64,000 bases of DNA from Deltaproteobacteria bacterium. Its GTDB lineage: Bacteria > Myxococcota_A > Polyangia > Polyangiales > Houyiibacteriaceae. Position numbers and translations under genes: made by a program. Location of the stretch: contig JAXMNT010000030.1 in assembly GCA_034670305.1 (NCBI GenBank), positions 1 to 64,000 on the forward strand. Direction: 5' to 3'. Positions 47,378 through 57,265 of the stretch are shown here, piece by piece. Below the pieces are notes generated by a model. It made no database searches. It saw only the letters and a program-made list of their open reading frames with translations, and was not told the DNA's origin. Numbering within the stretch: position 1 is the first letter of the stretch; each line of letters begins with the position of its first letter.

Positions 47378-48535
47378 CTATGCGTTGTGGTGGGCGAAAG
47401 TCGAGGGTGGCTGCAGAACCGACGCCACCGGCTGGGCCCGATCGAGGATCGACGCCGCGAACTGCACCGCGTCCTCGCCGGCCTGCTTGGCGCGTTCCAC
47501 CGCGCGCGCCTGCACCGACGCCCGGTCTACGTCCTGCAGTTCGAGCAAATGTTCGAGCGGTCCCTCGTGGCGGAGCAGCGCCGGCAGAACCGCCGCGAAG
47601 AGCTCTTCGTCGCCCACGGCCGGCTCGTCCTTCGGGGTGTGGCCGGTGCGGGCGTCGAGGACCTCGAGCAGCTGCAACTCCGCGAGGAAGACGAGGGCCA
47701 CGTAGAGGAACTCGGGCGGTGGGCCCAGCGCGTGCAGCACGCGGAGCGCGTGGCCGAACGGCTGCGCGATGTGGCCGGTGCCGTCCTTCACGATCGCCTG
47801 CACGATCCCGTTGCGCAGGGTCGCGTCGCTCAGACACGCGAGCGTGGCCTGTCCGAACTGCAACGTCGGCACCAGATCCGCCCGCAGCAGCTCCGTCACC
47901 GGCGACCGCGCGAGCAGCGCGCGCAGCTGGGTGTCCAACGTCAGCCCCGGTTCGTCTTCGCTCCAGAGCTGCACCATGCGCTTGCGGGTCTTCTCTTCTC
48001 GCACGAAGCGCAGGCGCGGCATGGCCGTCACGTTGGCGGGCGGGGGACGCCCGAAGAAGCGGTACGTGTACGCCCAGTTCTTCACGACGGTGTCTTCGCG
48101 CTCCGCCTCCAGCGCCCGTTGCAAGACCGCGTGTCGGGCCAGCGCTTCCCCGCGGGTCTGGGGCGCGGGGATCTGCGCGATGATCGCCGCCGTCCACTCC
48201 AGGATCGGCCGCCGCGCGCCCCGAGAGAACGTTCGGTCGAGCATGGGATCGGTGAGGATCGTGAGGTTGTGCAGCGCCATCGCCACCTGCACCGCGCCAG
48301 CGTCCGGGAAGGGGACGTGGTCGACCGCGGCGACCTCCGAGGCGAGCCGATGCATCCAGATCCGAATGTCCTGTTCGACGTTGGGGTCGACCGGCTGGGC
48401 GAGCGAGAAGTGTTCGGTGACGCTTGCGGAGAGCGGTCGCGTGAGCTGCGCGGTGCCGCCCACGAAGAGCGGGTGAAGAAAGCCGGTGACGAACTCCTCG
48501 TAGAGCGCGTGCACCTTGGTGGCGTCGTCTGCCAC
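47378..48535 (-). CDS. Hypothetical alpha-helical protein in the MoxR operon
   Basis: GTG start 2 nt after the upstream stop with SD GAGGA; typical codon usage; 385 aa. Confidence 0.8.
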   Translation of the reverse strand: MADDATKVHALYEEFVTGFLHPLFVGGTAQLTRPLSASVTEHFSLAQPVDPNVEQDIRIWMHRLASEVAAVDHVPFPDAGAVQVAMALHNLTILTDPMLDRTFSRGARRPILEWTAAIIAQIPAPQTRGEALARHAVLQRALEAEREDTVVKNWAYTYRFFGRPPPANVTAMPRLRFVREEKTRKRMVQLWSEDEPGLTLDTQLRALLARSPVTELLRADLVPTLQFGQATLACLSDATLRNGIVQAIVKDGTGHIAQPFGHALRVLHALGPPPEFLYVALVFLAELQLLEVLDARTGHTPKDEPAVGDEELFAAVLPALLRHEGPLEHLLELQDVDRASVQARAVERAKQAGEDAVQFAASILDRAQPVASVLQPPSTFAHHNA

Positions 48536-48537
48536 CG

Positions 48538-50055
48538 TCAGTCTTCCTCGGCGGTCTCTTCGCGCTTGGGCACACCCCACAGCGGGAACCGTCGGGGCTT
48601 GTCGTACTGGAAGAGCGGAAGCGGGGCCTCTTCGTCGATGGGTCGGTCCGCGCTCACCGGCCGAGCGCTGAGTTCGCGGAGCACCTTGCGGGAGACTGGG
48701 CCGAACGCCTCGGCGGACACGACGCGTGGTTCGGGCTGATCGGCGTCGAAGAACACGTACCCGCTGCCACGTTCGCGCACGAGCTCTTGCAGCACCGGGG
48801 CGCTCACCGCCGGCACCAAGGTCAAGCCACTCGGGACGTAGATGCGGGGCGCGACCTCGCTGTAGAAGGTGCCGAGGGGCACGCCCTCGATGCCGCTCGG
48901 ATCGAGCAGGTAGAACCGGTCGTCGCCGACCGCGACCCGCAGCGCACTCAGGGTGTTCGGCGGGAGCGCATAGAGCAGACGCGAGAGCCACTCCCGCTGC
49001 GCGAGTGGCACGACCGTCGCGGTCACCGCGCGCCACGGATCGCTGCTGGAGGCGAGCCGAAGCGGCAACGACATGCCGAGTTGCCCACCCGCTTGGCCGT
49101 CGCGGCGTTCCTTGGTGGAGACGTCTTCTTCGAGCGAGACGTTGGTTCGGACGAGCGAGCGGACCGGCGCGAAGGGCGGGAGCGGGTGCACCACCAGCAC
49201 TTCGCCGTCGCCGCGAAACAGATGGAGCGTGTCGTCGTCGAACAGACTCGAACAACTCTCGAGCGCGATCGGGTGGCGGTAGCCGAGCTCCACCGCGAAC
49301 GCTTTGCCGAGCGGCTCGAAGACGTTCACGCCGGGGAGCTGGCTGAAGAGTTTGGCGACGCGCTCGGGCGTGTTGCTGATGTCGAACACGTAGAGACGTT
49401 TGGGTTTGTCGTCGAACGCGCTCTGCGACGGCCACTCGGCGAGCGCGGCGCGGGCTGGGATCTGCCAGCGGAAGAGGTACGTGAGGATCGCGCCGCCCAC
49501 GCCGACCTCGCTCGTGGCCCACAGCCGCGTCGGGATCGAGCCGTCCATGCCGAGCAGGCCGGTGGGTTGGCGGTAGGGCGTGAGTTTGAAGACGAGGTCC
49601 CGGAACTTGAGCTCCCGCTCGAAGCCGTAGAGCTGGCGGAAGGTGTCGTGGTAGAGCACCAGGTCCGCCGGCCGGTCGAGGAGCTCCTGCACGTCGTAGC
49701 CGAGCGGGGATCCGGTGTCGCGGTACTTCACGAAATGGCGCGACGTGCCCGTGAAGACGAGGCCGCCCGCCAGCTTGGCCACGCCCGCGATGCGGTCCAT
49801 GCGGTAGCTGGATTCGGCGTGCACCGAACACATGATCTCGCGGGTCTTGAGCGGCGTGACCAGCTGCCGGATCTGGATGGAAGGCAGCAGCTCGTCGAGG
49901 CTGCCTTCGTCTCCGTACGCACGGAAGAATGCGACCAGCCGGTCGACGGAGGGGAAGAGCACCAGGCCCCGCTGACCGAGTACGACACCACGCGCATCGG
50001 GCGAGACGCCGGGCGTTCGGAAGCGGGTCTGGTGCAGGGCAGCGCGCTCGAGCAC
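48538..50055 (-). CDS. Hypothetical protein heading the MoxR operon (possible ternary-system component)
   Basis: 505-aa ORF with typical codon usage; FTGTSRHFVKYRD..SPLGYD; C-terminal FPLWG. Confidence 0.82.
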   Translation of the reverse strand: MLERAALHQTRFRTPGVSPDARGVVLGQRGLVLFPSVDRLVAFFRAYGDEGSLDELLPSIQIRQLVTPLKTREIMCSVHAESSYRMDRIAGVAKLAGGLVFTGTSRHFVKYRDTGSPLGYDVQELLDRPADLVLYHDTFRQLYGFERELKFRDLVFKLTPYRQPTGLLGMDGSIPTRLWATSEVGVGGAILTYLFRWQIPARAALAEWPSQSAFDDKPKRLYVFDISNTPERVAKLFSQLPGVNVFEPLGKAFAVELGYRHPIALESCSSLFDDDTLHLFRGDGEVLVVHPLPPFAPVRSLVRTNVSLEEDVSTKERRDGQAGGQLGMSLPLRLASSSDPWRAVTATVVPLAQREWLSRLLYALPPNTLSALRVAVGDDRFYLLDPSGIEGVPLGTFYSEVAPRIYVPSGLTLVPAVSAPVLQELVRERGSGYVFFDADQPEPRVVSAEAFGPVSRKVLRELSARPVSADRPIDEEAPLPLFQYDKPRRFPLWGVPKREETAEED

Positions 50056-50225
50056 GCGGCGACGGTAGCAGATCGGCCGGCGGATCGGAGCCGGATGTAC
50101 GGTTCGGAAAGCCGAAGGCGTCCGGACCCGCCGACCCCGCGAGAGACCAGCCCTGATCGGGCGGTGGGCCGCACGATTTCAAGCCGCGGCTTGGCCTGCC
50201 GATCGGAGCCGTGGGAGAGTGGCCC

Positions 50226-50690
50226 ATGGCCAGGCGCACACTGCTCACCGGGACGCTCGCAATGGGGTTGGCGTGGGGCGTCGCGACCCCGCACGCCCGC
50301 GCCTGCGAGGACGCCGATGCGGCCGAGCGGAGCCCCGACGCGCAGCTCGCGCGGCTTGCGGAGTCCTCTGAGCCCGAAGCCGCTGGGGCGATCGCGCAAG
50401 CGCGTCGGGCGCTCGAACGCGTCCGGGAACTCGCCACCACCGACCCCGCCGCGTCGCGTCGGGCCCGACAGATCGCATCGGCTGCGATCCTCTTGGCCCG
50501 CCGCCAGATCGAGCTGGTTCGTTCGCGTCAGGCGCTTCGCGAGGCCGAGGAAGAGGCCGAACGGGCACAGGCCAGACGCGCGTGGGCAGAAGGGGCGCTG
50601 GAGCGGGCCCGCGAACGCGCGCGAGAAGCGTCGGGAGACCCGCCCGCCACCGACTCCGAATCCGACTCCGACACCGAGGACGCAGAGTGA
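50226..50690 (+). CDS. Exported coiled-coil protein
   Basis: RR followed by a hydrophobic signal; Ala/Arg/Glu heptads; GTGA overlap with the next gene. Confidence 0.65.
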   Translation: MARRTLLTGTLAMGLAWGVATPHARACEDADAAERSPDAQLARLAESSEPEAAGAIAQARRALERVRELATTDPAASRRARQIASAAILLARRQIELVRSRQALREAEEEAERAQARRAWAEGALERARERAREASGDPPATDSESDSDTEDAE

Positions 50691-51700
50691 CCGGGGTCTC
50701 GACTGCCAAACGCACTCGGTCTCGGTCTCGCCACGCGCAGTGGTGGGTGTGCGCCCTGTGCGTGGGGTGTGCGACCAGCAGCCCGATCCACCTGCATCTG
50801 ATCGAACCGGCGCGGCTGGCCGAAGCCGAGGTCGAGGCGCCCGATCTGGTCGCCTGGTCCGTGTCTGCCGCCGAGTCCGCGCAAGAAGCCGCGGATGCCG
50901 GCGACGAACCCGCGGCCCAGGATCACGCGACCCGCTCGCGGCTCTACGCGGAGGCCGCAATCGCGGAAGCGCAGCGGGTGAAGTTCGACCGCGCCCGGAT
51001 CGCACTGCTGGAGCAAGCCGAGGCCGATGCGCTGGCGGCGCGCGCCGCCCAGCGGGAGCGGGAGTCCCTGGAGTTCGCCGAGCGGCGCGCCGCGGCCGCC
51101 GCGCTCGCCCAAGGTCAGATGGCGCACGCGTTCGCCCAAGCCGAGATCGACGAACCAAGGCGGCTCCGCCGGCGCACTGCGGAAGTCACCCGAGCACGGA
51201 CACAGGCCGCGGCTGCGTTCGTCCAGCGCACCCACGGGCTCGTGGCGGCTGTGCGGGCGATGCGGACCGAGGGACCCGATGAGGCGGTCGAGCGCGAGCT
51301 CGCCGAGATCACCGAGGCACTCGAAGGCGAGGTCGACCTGCCGAGCGCGCGTTCGCTCCACGATCGCACGATGGTGTTGCTCGGACGGGTCCGGGCGGCG
51401 CGACCGGTCACCGCGGCGTCCATCGCCGCGCTGGTCGAGGCCGCGTCCGAACGCGGACTGAGACCCGAAGCCACCGCCGCCGGCATGCTCCTGCGCGCCG
51501 TCGTTCAAGAGCGTCGATTGAGGTCGACCGTGCTCGGGCCGCTGCTGCGTGCCCATCCCCATGGAGACGTCGTGGTGCGCGGACCGCTCGCGCCCAGGAT
51601 GGCCGCCGCCCTGCGCCGCGAAGGCATCCGCCCCGAGCGCCTGCAAACGGCCACCGCGACCACCGACGAGATCCTCCTTCCGGCGTACCGCGTCGAGTAG
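50687..51700 (+). CDS. Coiled-coil lipoprotein with a degenerate OmpA-like C-terminus
   Basis: Lipobox CVGC; long helical region; LRAHPHGDVVVRG...AAALRREGIRPERL. Confidence 0.65.
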   Translation: MTGVSTAKRTRSRSRHAQWWVCALCVGCATSSPIHLHLIEPARLAEAEVEAPDLVAWSVSAAESAQEAADAGDEPAAQDHATRSRLYAEAAIAEAQRVKFDRARIALLEQAEADALAARAAQRERESLEFAERRAAAAALAQGQMAHAFAQAEIDEPRRLRRRTAEVTRARTQAAAAFVQRTHGLVAAVRAMRTEGPDEAVERELAEITEALEGEVDLPSARSLHDRTMVLLGRVRAARPVTAASIAALVEAASERGLRPEATAAGMLLRAVVQERRLRSTVLGPLLRAHPHGDVVVRGPLAPRMAAALRREGIRPERLQTATATTDEILLPAYRVE

Positions 51701-51854
51701 CGGCGGGCGTCGGGCCGGAGTCCTCATCATCGGCGTCGGAATGCGAAGCGGTCTTGGCGCGGTTGGGTGTAGCGTGGGAGGGCATGGACAGGCTGGACAG
51801 GCGACCTCAGCCGACGCTGAAGCCGAAGCCGACGCCGAACCCGAATCCGACGCG

Positions 51855-52430
51855 GTGCGCCGCCCCCGACCCGTCCTCCTCCGCCGAGCGGTGGTCGTGA
51901 TCCTGCTCGGCTACCTCGGCGCCGCGCTTGCCCTCGACCGCTACGGGGCCCGCGAACCCGAACCGGGTTGCTACGACGCGATCGTGGTCGCCGGTTGTCG
52001 CGTGATGCCCGATGGACGCCCGAGCACCGCCCTCGCGCGGCGCACCGAGCGCGCGGTGCAGCTCTACGAAGCGGGACGGGCGGACACGATCGGCTTCACC
52101 GGGGGGATTGGCGACTACGGCGCGAGCGAGGCCAGCGTTGCGGCCGACTACGCCCACGCCCTCGGCGTGCCACGGGAGGCGCTGGTGCTCGAGGAGCGAT
52201 CGACGTCGACCGACGAGAACGCAGCCCACATCGCGGAGGTGCTCGGATCCGACCAGCGCATCCTCGTCGTGAGCGACACCTACCACGTGTACCGCTGCCG
52301 CCGCGTGTTCGGACGGTACTTCGCGGAGGTCCACGGCGCAGGCTCGAAGGGCCATCCGTATGCGCGCGCGAAGGGCTCGCTCCGAGAGGTCGCGGCGGTT
52401 CTGATCTACGGCGCCCTCGGCCGGCTCTGA
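51855..52430 (+). CDS. YdcF/DUF218 (SanA/ElyC-like) protein
   Basis: DAIVVAG, FTGG, SEA, LEERSTSTDENA, VVSDTYHVYR, REVAA; start position uncertain. Confidence 0.88.
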   Translation: MRRPRPVLLRRAVVVILLGYLGAALALDRYGAREPEPGCYDAIVVAGCRVMPDGRPSTALARRTERAVQLYEAGRADTIGFTGGIGDYGASEASVAADYAHALGVPREALVLEERSTSTDENAAHIAEVLGSDQRILVVSDTYHVYRCRRVFGRYFAEVHGAGSKGHPYARAKGSLREVAAVLIYGALGRL

Positions 52431-52443
52431 GCGCAGCGCGCGC

Positions 52444-53073
52444 TTACGCGATCCCCGACACTTTGGACCACGCATCCGAGGGCGGCGGCGCGATGGTGCC
52501 GGGGAGCGTCTGGGCTTTGCGCAGGGACGAGGAGATCGCGGGGCTCAGCGCGGCGCCGAGGATGCAGGGAACCATGGGCAGGAGGGCGAGTTCCCACGTC
52601 CCCATCCACATCCCGCTGAGGACGAACGAAACCACGACCGCCAAGTGGTGCAGGAGTGCATGCTTCGGGAGCGAAGCGACCTTCGCCAGATCCTCCCGCG
52701 CCAGCAGCCGCCGACCCGCCGCGATGAGACGGGCGGCCAGGAAGAAACCGTGCAGTGAGACCAGCAACACCAGCGGGGTCGCGAGCACGTTCTCCTGAAA
52801 CCCCAGTGCGACGAACACGAGACCCGCAGGCGCAAAGGCGAGCATCGTCAGGATGCCCCAGATCCCGGTGCACACCGCCGTGGCGCGAATGGACCACGGC
52901 GCCCCGTTGGCCCGTTCGTCTTGTACCGGGCGGTCTCGGTACGGCGCCTGACCGACGTCCACGGGCGGGAGCTTTCTCTGGCCCCAGCGCTGCTCCGAGG
53001 CGCGCCCGACCGCCAGCGGGACGCCGACGCCCACGACGAGACACCCCAGGGCCAGGACCACGAAGTAGACCAT
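52444..53073 (-). CDS. Hypothetical multi-TM membrane protein
   Basis: 5 hydrophobic segments; APYRD motif. Confidence 0.75.
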   Translation of the reverse strand: MVYFVVLALGCLVVGVGVPLAVGRASEQRWGQRKLPPVDVGQAPYRDRPVQDERANGAPWSIRATAVCTGIWGILTMLAFAPAGLVFVALGFQENVLATPLVLLVSLHGFFLAARLIAAGRRLLAREDLAKVASLPKHALLHHLAVVVSFVLSGMWMGTWELALLPMVPCILGAALSPAISSSLRKAQTLPGTIAPPPSDAWSKVSGIA

Positions 53074-53112
53074 GCCTAGACTACGCTCCAGGCGCGGCCG
53101 GCATTCCCGAGG

Positions 53113-53880
53113 TCAGTCGGTGAAGCGGAGCGTGACGACGGTGATGTTGTCTTCACCGCCGTTGGCGTTCGCTTCGGCGATCATCTGCTCGACGCCCGCC
53201 TCGAGGTTGTCTTGGGTCTCGGTGGCGATGTCGCGGATCCGCTCGTCGGTGATCATGCCGCTGAGCCCGTCCGAGCACAGGACGTAGAGATCGTTCGGCG
53301 CCGGCTCGTCCGGCACCATGTCGACCGCCACCGAGTCCTGCATGCCGAGGGCCCGCGTGATGACGTTCTTCGGGAGCTCGTCCTTCTGCTCTTCGGTCAT
53401 GTCGGGCATGACGAGCAGGTAGTCGTTCAACAGCGAGTGGTCGCGGGTCAACTGGGTGATGACGCCGTCCCGGATCCGGTACGCGCGGCTGTCGCCCACA
53501 TGCGCGACGTACAGCTTGCCGCGCTCCTTGGAGTAGAGCGCGCCGACCACCGTGGTGCCCATGCCGTGCACCTCGCGATGTTTGACCGACGCTTCGAAGA
53601 TCTTCCGGTTCGCGAGCTTGATGCCCGTGATGAGCCGGTTCTCGTCCACCGAGAGGTGGGGGTCGAAGCTGAACGGCCAAGTCGCGTCTTCGTTGGCGGT
53701 CGCCTGAAAGAAGGTCGCGATGGCGTGGGTGGCCATCTTGCTCGCGACGTCACCGGCCCGGTGACCACCCATCCCGTCCGCGACGATGAAGAGGCGGTGC
53801 TCCGGGAGGATGCAAAAGCTATCCTCGTTGTGCTCGCGTTGGAGCCCGACGTCCGATAGACCTGCGGCGATGAAGTTCAT
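53113..53880 (-). CDS. PP2C-family Ser/Thr protein phosphatase (Stp1/Pph-like)
   Basis: SDVGLQREHNED, VADGMGGH, GMGTT, HVGDSRAY, LCSDGL, GGEDNIT. Confidence 0.95.
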   Translation of the reverse strand: MNFIAAGLSDVGLQREHNEDSFCILPEHRLFIVADGMGGHRAGDVASKMATHAIATFFQATANEDATWPFSFDPHLSVDENRLITGIKLANRKIFEASVKHREVHGMGTTVVGALYSKERGKLYVAHVGDSRAYRIRDGVITQLTRDHSLLNDYLLVMPDMTEEQKDELPKNVITRALGMQDSVAVDMVPDEPAPNDLYVLCSDGLSGMITDERIRDIATETQDNLEAGVEQMIAEANANGGEDNITVVTLRFTD

Positions 53881-54010
53881 GGGCGTCGGTGGGAGCCGCA
53901 CCAGCGGTTCACGATCGAAACCTCGTCGATCGATGCATGGCCGATGGAACGGTAACGGAAGCGTAGGCTCCGCGTTGGGTGCAGTCATGTCAAGGTTCCC
54001 GTGGCGTTCG

Positions 54011-54610
54011 ATGCCCCAGAAACTCAACTTCGATGGCCGGATGGCCCTGGCCGGCCTCGTGGCCCTGGTCCACTTGGCGGGCTGTGGCATCGGTTCGAAC
54101 CCAGATCCTCGTACGATCGACGGCATGATGGGGTACGCGGCCCTGGCGATCGAACGGGACGACCCGGAGATGCTGTTCAAGGTGATCGACGAGCGGGCCC
54201 GCCACGCCCTCCTCTCCATCGTCGCCGACCGGCAGGCCGCCGCGGCGCTGATCCGGGCCCACTACCCCGCCGCCGACCAGGCCGGCGCCCTCCAGAGCCT
54301 CGGCGACGCCTTGGACGTGGGAGAAGCGTGGCAGCTCTTTGCGGCCCGCTGCGACCAGGCGTGCCGGCGGGCGTGGTCCACCGAACTCGGGGCCGTGCAA
54401 TCCAAGACGGCGGAGGGCGAAGAGTGGCTGTTGACCACCACCCGCGGGGCCGAAGTCCGGGTGTACCGCGAGCACGAAGGGGAATGGTGGGGTCTGGTCT
54501 GGCGGACCGCGGAACTCGACGCCGAGCGCGACCGGGCCAACCGGGACCTCGAGATGATCCGCCAGAACGCTGAGACCTACCAGCGCCGCGAAGCGCTGGA
54601 GCAGCACTGA
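54011..54610 (+). CDS. Hypothetical lipoprotein
   Basis: Lipobox LAGC; typical codon usage; start at 54011 or 54041. Confidence 0.75.
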   Translation: MPQKLNFDGRMALAGLVALVHLAGCGIGSNPDPRTIDGMMGYAALAIERDDPEMLFKVIDERARHALLSIVADRQAAAALIRAHYPAADQAGALQSLGDALDVGEAWQLFAARCDQACRRAWSTELGAVQSKTAEGEEWLLTTTRGAEVRVYREHEGEWWGLVWRTAELDAERDRANRDLEMIRQNAETYQRREALEQH

Positions 54611-54619
54611 ACCCGCGGC

Positions 54620-54703
54620 ACACGGGGAACACGGGGAACACTGGGTCGAAAGCACTGGCTCGAAAGCACTGGGTCGAAAGCACTGGGTCGAAAGCACTGG
54701 TCG
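54620..54703. repeat. 9-bp x2 plus 14-bp x4.5 tandem repeat (CACTGGSTCGAAAG) between convergent genes
   Basis: 14-bp units at 54639, 54653, 54667, 54681 and partial 54695. Confidence 0.9.
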
Positions 54704-54720
54704 GGGCTGCGCCCAGCGGG

Positions 54721-55089
54721 CTAGCGGTACGCGGCGGCTTCGGTCTCCACCACCAGCAGGGTCTCGACCGAGAGACCAGTGCTGTTCACGGTGACGACCT
54801 GACAGCCCCGGACCCGGCCGGTGACGATCTCCACCACTTCGAGATCCGCTCGGATGCCGTCCGAGTTCACGTTGACGACATGGTGGTCCACGCCCGCGGA
54901 CGAGAAGAGCCAGTGGCCGCCGTACCGAATGCCGGAGTCCAGATCGAGCACCAGCGGCTCGAGGGGGCGCACATCCGGCTCGACGGTGCCGAGGTGCCCG
55001 CGCTTGGATCCCTTGTAGAAACGCACCTCGACCCGATGGCCGACCGGAATGGGGGCACACAGAAGGAGGGGCAGCGTGCGGAGGGGCAC
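54721..55089 (-). CDS. Hypothetical beta-rich protein (122 aa)
   Basis: Fills the gap between convergent and divergent neighbours; ends AAAYR. Confidence 0.6.
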   Translation of the reverse strand: MPLRTLPLLLCAPIPVGHRVEVRFYKGSKRGHLGTVEPDVRPLEPLVLDLDSGIRYGGHWLFSSAGVDHHVVNVNSDGIRADLEVVEIVTGRVRGCQVVTVNSTGLSVETLLVVETEAAAYR

Positions 55090-55124
55090 GGACCGAAGCC
55101 TACCGCCCTGGTATCCGATGGCCC

Positions 55125-56171
<1,047 letters not shown>

Positions 56172-56288
56172 ATCTCCTGAACGCCTGCCGCTCCGTCCCT
56201 TGAATGTCGCGGGCGAGCGGGCGTCCACGTTCTGACGGTGCTGCAAAAGGTCCCTCGCGTCCTTCGGCCCACGTCCTATACTTCCCTC

Positions 56289-56669
56289 ATGTCCGCCTCT
56301 CTCCAACGAACGTTCGCGCTGCTCTCGGTGCTCGTGTTGGGTCTGGCCGGTGTTTCGTGGACCTCGGGCACGGCGTCCGCGTGCGACAAGTGCCAGATGG
56401 ACGGCTCGCGCGAGTACCTGCTCGAGGGTGCGTTCGTGCGGTACCAGCGGGTGACCTTCACGTTGCATGTCCAGGTCAACGACGGGGAGCGGCCCTACGT
56501 CGACACGATCGGCGTGGTGCCGATGGCGCTCCCCGAAGAACAGGGCGAGCAGGTCGCATGGTCGTCGCTGCGGCCGGGCGACCGCATCGAAGTGACGATT
56601 CGAGAGAACGACGAAGAGCGCAAAGTGCACCGCCTCGTCATTCGCCGACGCGTCGCGCCGCCGAGCTGA
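56289..56669 (+). CDS. Small secreted protein, CxxC at the mature N-terminus, OB-fold-like
   Basis: Signal peptide ASA/CDKC; WSSLRPGDRIEVTI. Confidence 0.65.
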   Translation: MSASLQRTFALLSVLVLGLAGVSWTSGTASACDKCQMDGSREYLLEGAFVRYQRVTFTLHVQVNDGERPYVDTIGVVPMALPEEQGEQVAWSSLRPGDRIEVTIRENDEERKVHRLVIRRRVAPPS

Positions 56670-56727
56670 GCCGGTGAGCGCGCTTGCGGAGCCCACACCC
56701 GGCGATCGTGGTTAGGCTCCGGGCACG

Positions 56728-57162
56728 ATGACCTACCGGCTGCTCGACCACACCGCAGACATCGCGATCGAGATCGATGCGGCCGACGAAGCCGGACTCT
56801 TCGATGCGCTCGCCAAAGGACTGCTGCACGTGCTCACCGATGTGCCGGGGTGCGCGGAGGGCACATCGCACATGGACGCGACCGTCGAAGGCCACGATCT
56901 GGGCGCGCTGCTCGTCGCGTTTGGGAACGAAGTGCTCTTCCTCTTCGAGGTGGAGACGTTTCTCTGGAGCGGCGCCGAACTTCTCTCGATCGAAGACGGC
57001 GAAGCGCGGATTCGGATCTTCGGCGAGCGCTTCGATCCGGAACGCCATCCGATCGCCAGGCCATTCAAGGCCGTGACACACCACGACGCCGTGGTTACTC
57101 GTTTGCCCGCCGAGGGAGAAGCCCAGCCACGCTGGACGGCAGAGATCATCGTCGATCTCTGA
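56728..57162 (+). CDS. Archease
   Basis: YRLLDHTADIAI, FKAVTHH, C-terminal IIVDL. Confidence 0.92.
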   Translation: MTYRLLDHTADIAIEIDAADEAGLFDALAKGLLHVLTDVPGCAEGTSHMDATVEGHDLGALLVAFGNEVLFLFEVETFLWSGAELLSIEDGEARIRIFGERFDPERHPIARPFKAVTHHDAVVTRLPAEGEAQPRWTAEIIVDL

Positions 57163-57265
57163 GGTGCTTCCTCGGCCCACGCCTTCGGGCGAGCATTCAA
57201 GTTGGACGAACCGCACTGCCGCCTCCCGGCACGCAGTGGTCGTCGCAGAACAGGGCAAGCGTTCG

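Noticed and set aside
49370-49395. VFDISNT as a vWA MIDAS motif in the MoxR partner
   Set aside because: DxSxT rather than DxSxS, mid-protein, with no downstream T/D MIDAS elements recognisable
50056-50225. Riboswitch in the MoxR-operon divergent region (ttcgg-aaag-ccgaa hairpin)
   Set aside because: No recognisable riboswitch consensus; GC-rich hairpins are expected by chance; the operon appears leaderless
57163-57265. Y RNA or tRNA-like element beside rtcB
   Set aside because: TTCAAGT is present but has no paired T-stem, and there is no Ro/Rsr gene nearby
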